56,096 nt of DNA, from the NCBI RefSeq assembly GCF_044368995.1, contig NZ_JBIPMS010000001.1, positions 1-56,096 of the forward strand, written 5' to 3'. The position numbers were made by a program, and so were the translations under genes. Shown piece after piece: positions 7,785-16,122 of the stretch (within the stretch, counting starts at the first letter, position 1; each line of letters starts with the position of its first letter). The stretch is from Flavobacterium sp. (GTDB lineage Bacteria > Bacteroidota > Bacteroidia > Flavobacteriales > Flavobacteriaceae). Below the pieces are notes generated by a model. It was given only the letters and a program-made list of their open reading frames with translations. It ran no database searches and was not told the origin of the DNA.

Positions 7785-8318
7785 ATGGAATTTATTGATA
7801 TTGTTTTTGCCGTCTTATTAGGGTACAGTATATATAATGGGTTAAAAAACGGTCTTTTTGTAGAAATAGCTTCTTTTAGTTCTTTAATTGTAGGGATATT
7901 TGTAGCTATAAAATTTTCGCATATTGTTAGATTGACTTTAGAAGAAAAAATAAAAACCAATCCAAAATACATTGAAATTATTGCTTTTGCCATTACTTTT
8001 ATTTTAGTGCTTATTGGCATTCATTTATTGGCAAAATTTTTTACAAAGATAGTAAGTTTTGCCTATTTAGGTTGGCTAAATAAATTAGGAGGCGCTATTT
8101 TTAGTATGCTAAAAACCATTTTAATGTTAGGTGTTTTAATAAGTTTGCTTCAAAGAATAAATAGTAATGGGATGTTGGTAAAACAAGAAACACTAAACCA
8201 ATCTTTATTTTATCAACCTGTCCAAGAAGTTTCTAAATTTATATTACCAAACTTGGGGAAATGGTACGAAGAAGTAAAAGAACGAACAAAAGAAAAACCG
8301 GAGAACAAAAACAAATAA
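7785..8318 (+). CDS. cvpA: CvpA family (colicin V production) membrane protein
   Basis: Hydrophobic, with 'IDI....L..SIYNGLKNGLF.E' and 'LNKLGGAIFS.LK'. TAGTTTTG promoter at 7754-7761. Confidence 0.85.
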   Translation: MEFIDIVFAVLLGYSIYNGLKNGLFVEIASFSSLIVGIFVAIKFSHIVRLTLEEKIKTNPKYIEIIAFAITFILVLIGIHLLAKFFTKIVSFAYLGWLNKLGGAIFSMLKTILMLGVLISLLQRINSNGMLVKQETLNQSLFYQPVQEVSKFILPNLGKWYEEVKERTKEKPENKNK

Positions 8319-8437
8319 TTAATAAAAATTAATCATTAACATCTCATTAACACAATAAATAGCGTGGAGTAACAACATTAATTAAAAAAATAAATACATT
8401 TGTACTATTAATAATAACTAATTTAAATATAATAATT

Positions 8438-8890
8438 ATGAAAACAGTAAAATTACTTGCATTTGCTTTATTAATGAGCTCAATTTCATTTGCTCAAACT
8501 CCCGCGCCAGCTGCTGTTGCTGTTCCAGCTTCACCGCAAACACCATCTCAAATGAAATGGGAAAAAGAAACGCACGAATTTGGGACTATTGAACAAGGGA
8601 AACCAGTTTCTTACGAGTTTACTTTTACCAACTCTACTAACAAAGATGTTACTTTAAAGGATGTAAAAGCATCTTGTGGATGTACAGCAACTAATTACAC
8701 AAAAACTGCGATCAAACCAGGTGAAAAAGGAACAGTAACAGCTACTTATAACGCAGCTGCAGGCGGTGCTTTTCACAAAACGGTTACAGTAACCACAAGC
8801 GAAGAAAATGCTATGCCAAAAACAATAACAATCAAAGGAACTGTTAAAGTTAATGAAGCACCAGCAGTAGCTGCTCCGGCTTCAAAATAA
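8438..8890 (+). CDS. DUF1573 domain secreted protein
   Basis: Signal peptide and 'HEFGTI...F.FTN...V.ASCGCT....IKPGE.G' motif. TACATTTG promoter at 8395-8402. Confidence 0.85.
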   Translation: MKTVKLLAFALLMSSISFAQTPAPAAVAVPASPQTPSQMKWEKETHEFGTIEQGKPVSYEFTFTNSTNKDVTLKDVKASCGCTATNYTKTAIKPGEKGTVTATYNAAAGGAFHKTVTVTTSEENAMPKTITIKGTVKVNEAPAVAAPASK

Positions 8891-8907
8891 TTTTATCTCT
8901 AATATTT

Positions 8908-8945
8908 AAAAACCCGATAAAATACTTTTTATCGGGGTTTTTTTA
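8908..8945 (+). terminator. Intrinsic terminator
   Basis: AAAAACCCGATAAAA-TACT-TTTTATCGGGGTTTTTTTT. Confidence 0.8.
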
Positions 8946-9030
8946 TGGAAACTAAATTATACAATAGCATTTTAATAATTTATTCCTCATATTTATTAGA
9001 AAATTCAGATTATATCTAGTATTATTTTAC

Positions 9031-9058
9031 AAAAAAAGAGTCCTACTAGAACCCTTTT
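9031..9058 (-). terminator. Probable terminator of S8 peptidase gene
   Basis: Minus strand reads AAAAGGGTTCT-AGT-AGGACTCTTTTTTT, with G-U pairs. Confidence 0.55.
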
Positions 9059-9065
9059 AATTTGA

Positions 9066-12023
9066 TTATCTTGTTAAAACAATTTTCTTGGTTGTTTTAG
9101 AACTTCCGTTTTCTATGGTGATTAAATATACCCCATCAGATAAATTAGAAATATTGATATTGTCTATAGTACTAATCATTTCTTTAGTTGAAATTATTCT
9201 GCCTTGTATATCATATAGTTTTACTATTGAATTACTTTCTAAATTTTGATTACCCAAATCAATATTTACAATTCCAGTAGTTGGATTAGGATATATTTTT
9301 AAGTTAGAAAAAGCAGTATCTTCAATTGCAAGCGGTACCTGGATGCTACAAATTTGAAGTTTCACAGAATTGATTGTTCCGCCATCGCCATTTTCTCCAT
9401 CAGAAACAATTAAATTCCAAGTACCGTCAGCTGGTAATCCATTTAAATCAGTAAGCGTTTGTTGCGGTTGAACAGTTCCAGAAATAGCCGGATTTGTACC
9501 ACAAACTAAAGGCGTGCCACTATCATCAACAATACAATTTATATTATCATTTCCAACACAAACACCATTAAATAAGGTAATCATTGGACTTCCAATACTT
9601 ACAGGTCCTTGAAGTCTTACATTTGCTTCTTCTACATAGGTATGAGAGATATCTAATTGAATATTAATATCTCCAATAGTTAATCCACCAGTTACTATGA
9701 TAGGAACTATTGCTAAGGCAGTATTAGTGGTATTTATAATATTATTTGAAAAGTCGGTTGCTATAAATTCGTTTCCACAAGATAAAACGCCTGTTTGGAA
9801 CGTATTAACTGTACCTGAAGATGTTGGCGCACCACCACATCGGTTTAAAGGCAAAACTCTCCAGTAATAGTAAGTTTCTTGACTTAAATTTGAAACTACA
9901 AATGAGTTTCCAGTTGTATTAACGTCGGTAATTAATGTTGTGAAATTTGGTGAAGTTGAAAGTTGAACATTATATATTTCAGCGTTTTCACTAGTGTTCC
10001 AAGTTAAATTAACTGTAGTTGCAACCGTATTTTGATTATTTACCGGAGTGTTTAATACAATTGGGCTAAATGCACTATTATAAACTTTTAATCCTTTAAA
10101 ACGCGTTTCAGTTTCCGTTCCATTATTACCAATAATTCCTACATTGTAGGTACCAGGAACTACATTAGATAAATTAGAAACGGTCATAGTAACTGGACCA
10201 TTTGAATTTCTAGAAGTTGGGGAGAAAACTACATTTGCGCCACTTGGCAATCCTACTGCACTAAAGTTAGTTGTTGTTGCACTAGATTGAGAATAATTGA
10301 ATGTGTAAACTGCGGCTTGATTGGCACAAACTTCAAGATCATTAGAAGTAGAAATAATTGCAAATCCAGAAGTAACACCTGTAATAATTAATGAAAAATC
10401 TTGTTTGTTAGTTTCAAGGGTTCCTTTGTGAGTAACTGTTATTACATAATCTCCGGCAGGCGGAGCATCTATTTTTACTTGCTCTACGTTGTCGATATTA
10501 TTATCTCCAACTCTAGTTGCATCAAGAGTTGGGTCTGAATCTAATTTCCATGGATAATAAGTAGTTCCGTTTCTTGTGATTCTAACATCTAAATCGTTTA
10601 CAAGTGCGCGAGTTAAATCGTTTGCTGCTCTTTCACCATTATTGGCATCACCAGGAATATCCGTCCAACAAGCAGTAGCCATTAAAGGAGTTGTTCCTAA
10701 AGACTTAACTGTAATTGTGTAAGTTTGTCCTTGATTTAGTCTTTCTTCAGAAATCCAAGAATTTAGACCATTTGATGATATGGCTTGAGCCGCAGCTTTT
10801 GCATTTAATAAACCCCAACCAAAAATTGCATCTGGTCCTACGTTTCCAGAATCATCAGCTGTATGACAAGCTAAACCTTTTAAAGTGGAAGCTTTCATGA
10901 AATTATTGGTTATATTTTTATAATGTTGTTGTAATAATAATAAAGTTCCAGCTACATTTGGCGAAGACATTGATGTTCCAGATGATACATAGGTTAAGCT
11001 ATTACTTGAACCACTTGTAGATGTTAAAAATGTCCCGTTCCCTGTTAAATCCGGTTTTATTCTTCTATCATCAGTCGGTCCTTGGCTACTTGAACTATTA
11101 ATTAACAATGGAGTAGTTAAATTTCCCGCTTCATCAATTTCTGCATCTTGAGCATTAGCAATAACTAAATTGTTTTTAGCTGTTTTATTTCCAGTTAATT
11201 TATCATAACCAAAATAAATAGGCTCGGCATTATTTTGATCAGTACCTGAATTTCCTGCTGAAGCAACCATTAAATAGTAGGGTGATAAATAGGCTATTTC
11301 ATCCCAGTTTCTTGCGTCAGAATCATACGTTCCGATATACCAAGCTGGCAACGTTACAAACGGAGGATTTTGATTTGTCACAGGCACACCATAAGAATGG
11401 TTTGAAATCAACATCCCTAATAAAACTTCTGATAGCACTTCGTTTTCATCATCATTCCAATCGAAAGTTCTTCCTGTAGCCTCATAAGCCATACCTCTAA
11501 TAGTAGGAGATCCATTTGCTAAAACAGTACCCGTTACGTGTGATGCATGAGAAGAATAAGAAGTTCCGCTTGGGTCATCCACACTTTCAACTCTACCACC
11601 ATAATGATTATGCTGTGTTCTAACTTTTCCTCCATCCCATACTCGTGCTACCATTCCTTGTCCATTTAAAGTAAGGCCAAGTGATCCATTTGTATTCAAA
11701 TGAATAGCTCTAGTTGATCTTGCCGCATCTTGGTTTTCTGTTGCATAGTACAAAGGATGCCCGTCTGAAGTCAATCTCATTAATTGATGAAAATTTCCTT
11801 TTTTATCAGTATAACTTAATGGAATGTTATTTTCTAGAGCATATTTATAAGCTCTTGTTCTTTCTTTTTCTTCTAAAATTTTGAATTCCTTGGCCTTACT
11901 TTTAATTAGTGCAACATCGTAATCTTTAGTGATATTTATAATGTCTTTTTCAGATTGGCTATATGCAAAAAGACTTGTAAAGTATAGAGATAATATAAAT
12001 ATTTTATTTTTCATTTTTTTCAT
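9066..12023 (-). CDS. S8 (subtilisin) serine peptidase with P-domain and T9SS type A C-terminal domain
   Basis: Catalytic motifs VWDGG, HASHVTGT and SGTSMSSPNV. A proprotein-convertase-like P domain follows. The CTD reads 'IYPNPT...YDIQGR...LSDGVYLI...KKIV'. TATATTTG promoter at 12046-12053 (minus). Confidence 0.92.
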   Translation of the reverse strand: MKKMKNKIFILSLYFTSLFAYSQSEKDIINITKDYDVALIKSKAKEFKILEEKERTRAYKYALENNIPLSYTDKKGNFHQLMRLTSDGHPLYYATENQDAARSTRAIHLNTNGSLGLTLNGQGMVARVWDGGKVRTQHNHYGGRVESVDDPSGTSYSSHASHVTGTVLANGSPTIRGMAYEATGRTFDWNDDENEVLSEVLLGMLISNHSYGVPVTNQNPPFVTLPAWYIGTYDSDARNWDEIAYLSPYYLMVASAGNSGTDQNNAEPIYFGYDKLTGNKTAKNNLVIANAQDAEIDEAGNLTTPLLINSSSSQGPTDDRRIKPDLTGNGTFLTSTSGSSNSLTYVSSGTSMSSPNVAGTLLLLQQHYKNITNNFMKASTLKGLACHTADDSGNVGPDAIFGWGLLNAKAAAQAISSNGLNSWISEERLNQGQTYTITVKSLGTTPLMATACWTDIPGDANNGERAANDLTRALVNDLDVRITRNGTTYYPWKLDSDPTLDATRVGDNNIDNVEQVKIDAPPAGDYVITVTHKGTLETNKQDFSLIITGVTSGFAIISTSNDLEVCANQAAVYTFNYSQSSATTTNFSAVGLPSGANVVFSPTSRNSNGPVTMTVSNLSNVVPGTYNVGIIGNNGTETETRFKGLKVYNSAFSPIVLNTPVNNQNTVATTVNLTWNTSENAEIYNVQLSTSPNFTTLITDVNTTGNSFVVSNLSQETYYYWRVLPLNRCGGAPTSSGTVNTFQTGVLSCGNEFIATDFSNNIINTTNTALAIVPIIVTGGLTIGDINIQLDISHTYVEEANVRLQGPVSIGSPMITLFNGVCVGNDNINCIVDDSGTPLVCGTNPAISGTVQPQQTLTDLNGLPADGTWNLIVSDGENGDGGTINSVKLQICSIQVPLAIEDTAFSNLKIYPNPTTGIVNIDLGNQNLESNSIVKLYDIQGRIISTKEMISTIDNINISNLSDGVYLITIENGSSKTTKKIVLTR

Positions 12024-12145
12024 TTTTTTAGTAAATTTTGGTAAGCAAATATATTAATTTAAGTTTTAATAACAATATCATGTTTTTAAATTATCGAACT
12101 TTAACATTTGTTATCTAATCTATTAATTTACTTTTTTGATGTTAT

Positions 12146-13747
12146 TTACAAATTAGCAAAAAAATCATTTCCTTTGTCATCGGTAATGATAAATGCAGGA
12201 AAGTCTTTTACAGTGATTTTACGAACGGCTTCCATACCTAATTCTTCAAAGTCAACAACTTCTACAGATAATATATTTTCTTTTGCTAAAATGGCAGCAG
12301 GACCTCCAATTGAACCCAAATAGAAACCACCATATTTATGACAAGCATTCATTACATCTTTACTTCGGTTTCCTTTGGCTAACATGATCATACTTCCGCC
12401 AGTGGCTTGGAATTCATCCACATAAACATCCATTCTTCCTGCGGTTGTAGGACCGAAACTCCCTGAAGGCATGCCATCTGGGGTTTTTGCAGGCCCTGCA
12501 TAATAAACAGGATGGTTTTTGAAATAGTCAGGCATGGGTTTTCCTGCGTCTAATAATTCTTTAATTTTTGCATGTGCAATGTCACGAGCTACAATTAAAG
12601 TACCATTTAATTTTAAACGGGTTTTAATTGGGTATTTCGATAATTCTGCTAAAATTTCCGACATAGGTTTATTCAAATCTATAGCAACAGCGGGTTCTAA
12701 ATGAGGCGCTGTTGCTGGTAAAAACTGACTCGGATTGGTTTCTAATTGTTCTAAGAAAATACCTTCTTTTGTAATTTTTCCTTTGATATTTCTATCTGCT
12801 GAACAAGAAACGCCCATTCCTACCGGACAAGAAGCCGCATGACGAGGCAAACGAATGACACGAACATCGTGCGTTAAATATTTTCCGCCAAACTGCGCAC
12901 CAATTTGACTTTCTTGACAAATGATTTGTACTCTTTTTTCCCATTCTAAATCGCGAAATGCTTGACCAGACATGTTACCAGTGGTTGGTAAATTATCATA
13001 ATAACCTGCTGATGCTTTTTTGACAGTTGCTAAATTCGCTTCGGCAGAAGTGCCACCAATTACTAAAGCCAAATGGTAGGGCGGACAAGCCGCTGTTCCT
13101 AAATCCATAATGCGCTCACGAACAAATTCTTCTAAAGATTTGTCATTTAATAACGATTTTGTTTTTTGGTACAAGAAGGTTTTATTGGCTGAACCACCAC
13201 CTTTTGTTAAAAACAAAAATTCGTAAGTAGCGCCTTTTTTGGCATAAATATCAATTTGAGCGGGAAGATTTGAACCCGAATTCTTTTCTTCAAACATCGA
13301 AATAGGTACAATTTGCGAATAACGAAGGTTTTTATTTTGGTACGTATTGTAAATCCCTTTAGATAACCATTCGCCATCTTCCTCACCGGTGTAAACATTT
13401 TCTCCTTTTTTAGCTACAACAATAGCCGTTCCAGTATCTTGACAGGAAGGCAATTGACCTTCAACTGCAACCGCAGCATTTTGTAATAAATTATATGCCA
13501 CAAATCTGTCATTGTCAGTGGCTTCGGGGTCTTCAATTATGTTTCGTAATTTTTGTAAATGTGATGAACGTAACATAAATGATACATCGTCCATGGCTTC
13601 TTGAGCCAATAATTCTAATCCTTTTGGGTCCACCACTAAGATTTCCCTATCGCCATGTTGTTCTATTTTTACAAAATCTGAAGTTAATTTTTTGTATTGC
13701 GTATCGTCTTTTAAAATTGGATACGGGTCTTGATATATAAAGTCCAT
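12146..13747 (-). CDS. Fumarate hydratase class I (Fe-S)
   Basis: Motifs [44 protein letters not shown]. Confidence 0.95.
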   Translation of the reverse strand: MDFIYQDPYPILKDDTQYKKLTSDFVKIEQHGDREILVVDPKGLELLAQEAMDDVSFMLRSSHLQKLRNIIEDPEATDNDRFVAYNLLQNAAVAVEGQLPSCQDTGTAIVVAKKGENVYTGEEDGEWLSKGIYNTYQNKNLRYSQIVPISMFEEKNSGSNLPAQIDIYAKKGATYEFLFLTKGGGSANKTFLYQKTKSLLNDKSLEEFVRERIMDLGTAACPPYHLALVIGGTSAEANLATVKKASAGYYDNLPTTGNMSGQAFRDLEWEKRVQIICQESQIGAQFGGKYLTHDVRVIRLPRHAASCPVGMGVSCSADRNIKGKITKEGIFLEQLETNPSQFLPATAPHLEPAVAIDLNKPMSEILAELSKYPIKTRLKLNGTLIVARDIAHAKIKELLDAGKPMPDYFKNHPVYYAGPAKTPDGMPSGSFGPTTAGRMDVYVDEFQATGGSMIMLAKGNRSKDVMNACHKYGGFYLGSIGGPAAILAKENILSVEVVDFEELGMEAVRKITVKDFPAFIITDDKGNDFFANL

Positions 13748-13810
13748 TTGTTTGAATTTTGAAGCGTAAAGTTACGGATATCACACAAGCTTTCCAAAAG
13801 TTTTCTGTTT

Positions 13811-13843
13811 CACCTGCAAGGTCTTTTTTTGACCTTGTAGGTG
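13811..13843 (+). repeat. REP-like palindrome (left of RAYT gene)
   Basis: CACCTGCAAGGTC-TTTTTTT-GACCTTGTAGGTG, a 13-bp stem with one G.T pair. Confidence 0.85.
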
Positions 13844-13913
13844 TTTATCTATACCTTGAAGGATTATTTCGTATTTTGTTATTTAATAGCTATTTATGTT
13901 TAAAACAATTTTT

Positions 13914-14462
13914 TTATTCTAGCTTTTGCTTTTCAGATAATATTTCATTTTTAAAATCGTGACAATAAATAAAATTGTCTATATTTTCAAATAAATGAAC
14001 CACTTCATTTCTTAATAAGTGAGTTGGTTTATCTGAAAGAATTGCTTTGTAGGAAGAAAAAGAAAAGCTTTTATAATCTATGTCCAAGTGATGTTTTGGA
14101 TTTAGATGAATATACTGAATTACATTTTTTAAATATTCTTCATTTTCAATTTGTATTCTTTTGAAATGTTTTTCAAATAAACTTCCAGTTCTATTATTTT
14201 GTTTGTTAAATGCTTTTGCATAAGCGTTAAATAAATTCGATAGTGCTTGTGTCACTTCTTTTTCATTATTAATTTGAAACACAAAATGAAAATGATTATC
14301 CATTAAGCAATAGGCAAAAGTTTCTACTTTACGTTCTAAATATTTCAAATATAGTTTTAGAAAGTAGCGTTTATTTTCATCAGTATTGAAAATAGTTTCA
14401 CCATTAATACCTCTGTTATAGATGTGATAAACTTTGTCTTTTTCTAAAATTTCAAGTTTCAT
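13914..14462 (-). CDS. REP-associated tyrosine transposase-like protein (Y1_Tnp / HUH superfamily)
   Basis: N-terminal YHIYNRG, 'AYCLMDNHFH' (HUH motif), 'RTGSLFE..FK' and catalytic Tyr in 'YIHLNP'. ATG start at 14462 is preferred. Confidence 0.9.
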   Translation of the reverse strand: MKLEILEKDKVYHIYNRGINGETIFNTDENKRYFLKLYLKYLERKVETFAYCLMDNHFHFVFQINNEKEVTQALSNLFNAYAKAFNKQNNRTGSLFEKHFKRIQIENEEYLKNVIQYIHLNPKHHLDIDYKSFSFSSYKAILSDKPTHLLRNEVVHLFENIDNFIYCHDFKNEILSEKQKLE

Positions 14463-14542
14463 TTGGCGTTTATTTTTCAACTATAAGGTTTCAATAACCT
14501 TTTTGGTCTTGCTTATTATTGGTTTATTTTTATAATTTTATA

Positions 14543-14569
14543 CCTACAAGGTTTTGGAAACCTTGCAGG
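14543..14569 (-). repeat. REP-like palindrome (right of RAYT gene), inverted relative to left copy
   Basis: Plus strand CCTACAAGGTTT-TGG-AAACCTTGCAGG. The minus strand reads CCTGCAAGGT...ACCTTGTAGG, like the left copy. Confidence 0.85.
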
Positions 14570-14587
14570 AATTTGGAGATCCACCCT

Positions 14588-16027
14588 CTAAAAAAACCAA
14601 CTCGCCACAGCAATTGCGGCAATTACACAAATTAAATCTACCAAAAGCATAATTCCTAAAGTGTATCGGGTGTTTTTTACATGAATGCTTCCAAAATATA
14701 CCGCAATTACATAAAAAGTAGTTTCTGCACTGCATTGAAAAATAGTACTCAATCTCCCGGTTAATGAATCTACTCCAAAGGTATTCATGGCGTCAATCAT
14801 AAATCCTCGCGAACCACTTGAACTGAAAGGGCGTAACATAGCAACAGGTAAGGAATCGGTAATTTGTTTGCTTACACCAATATTTGAAAATACAAAAGAA
14901 ATACCGTTGCTCATAATTTCAAACAAACCACTATTTCTAAAAAATGAAATGGCCACTAACATTCCCATTACATAAGGAAAAATAGTTACACCAGTAGTTA
15001 AACCGTTTTTGGCACCAGACACAAAAGCGTCAAAAATCGTGGTTTTTTGCTCCCCAAATTTCTTTTCTTTAGTGAAAGCATAAACTAATGTAATCCCAAT
15101 AATTGCAATTAACATTAAACCCGATAAATTAGAGGTAAAAAAGTTTTTTTCTACTAAATTTAATCCGTTAACGTAAAATAATAAACCAGTAATTGCAGCA
15201 ATTATAGTCATTAATCCAACGATTAAAGTGGCGCTTTTAAAGTTTATTTTCTGTTTGATGCCGACAATTAATAGGGCAGCAATGGTCCCTATAAATGAGG
15301 TGATGATACAAGGCAACATTACATCTGCAGGATTTTCTGCATTTGCTGCTGCACGATAGCCAATAATAGAGGTTGGAATTAAAGTTAAACCCGCGGCGTG
15401 TAAACACATAAACATAATTTGGGCATCGCTGGCTTTGTCTTTGTCTGGATTTAGTGTTTGTAAACTTTCCATAGCTTTTAATCCGAAAGGCGTCGCGGCA
15501 GAATCTAACCCTAAGAAATTAGCTGCAAAATTTAACGTCATGTAGGAAACCGATTCGTGATTTTTAGGCACGGAAGGAAATATTTGTGCGAAAAACGGAC
15601 TTAATTTTTTGGCTAATTTTTCGGATGCGCCAGAAATAATTAATAGTTCCATTAATCCGCAAAAGAAAGCCAAATAGGCCATAAGTGGTAAAATAATATC
15701 AAACAAACTGGTTTTACAAGTGGGCAATAAACCATCCGATTTTTGTTTGCCACTATATATTTTTACCGTTTGGTTTTTATAAACGTATGTAGTATCTGGA
15801 TTTAAGGTATCTCTATTGATAGTAAATGTTTTTTCCGACGATTTTTGAATACTATCTTTAATAAAAGCAGGAATTTCTTTTAAAAACTTTTCCGAAATTA
15901 AAATAGGATCATCTTTTTTTCCATTTAACACATAATCTACGGAATAGGTGTTACTTGCAAATAAACTTACTATAATAAACACTATAGAAGAAATAAAAAT
16001 AGTCAACCAAAATCTACTTAATACCAT
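14588..16027 (-). CDS. Nucleoside-recognition (Gate) domain membrane protein, SpmA/SpmB fusion
   Basis: SpmA-like 'NFAANFLGLDSAATPFGLKAMESLQ' and SpmB-like 'LRPFSSSGSRG...ETTFYVIAVYFGS'. Confidence 0.88.
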   Translation of the reverse strand: MVLSRFWLTIFISSIVFIIVSLFASNTYSVDYVLNGKKDDPILISEKFLKEIPAFIKDSIQKSSEKTFTINRDTLNPDTTYVYKNQTVKIYSGKQKSDGLLPTCKTSLFDIILPLMAYLAFFCGLMELLIISGASEKLAKKLSPFFAQIFPSVPKNHESVSYMTLNFAANFLGLDSAATPFGLKAMESLQTLNPDKDKASDAQIMFMCLHAAGLTLIPTSIIGYRAAANAENPADVMLPCIITSFIGTIAALLIVGIKQKINFKSATLIVGLMTIIAAITGLLFYVNGLNLVEKNFFTSNLSGLMLIAIIGITLVYAFTKEKKFGEQKTTIFDAFVSGAKNGLTTGVTIFPYVMGMLVAISFFRNSGLFEIMSNGISFVFSNIGVSKQITDSLPVAMLRPFSSSGSRGFMIDAMNTFGVDSLTGRLSTIFQCSAETTFYVIAVYFGSIHVKNTRYTLGIMLLVDLICVIAAIAVASWFF

Positions 16028-16064
16028 ATTGTATTTTTTTGTAAATGTATGATTTTATAAGATA

Positions 16065-16100
16065 AAAAAAAACCGTTCCAAAATGAATTGGAACGGTTTT
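16065..16100 (-). terminator. Intrinsic terminator of TonB-dependent receptor gene
   Basis: AAAAAAAACCGTTCCAA-AATGAA-TTGGAACGGTTTT. Confidence 0.85.
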
Positions 16101-16122
16101 AGCATTTTAAATTTCTAAAGAA

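Noticed and set aside
7700-8020. 106-aa minus-strand ORF
   Set aside because: It is antisense to cvpA, which has a family match and a promoter.
13759-13962. 67-aa ORF across the left REP, and the 63-aa ORF at 14544-14735 across the right REP
   Set aside because: Both overlap real genes and palindromes and show no protein features.
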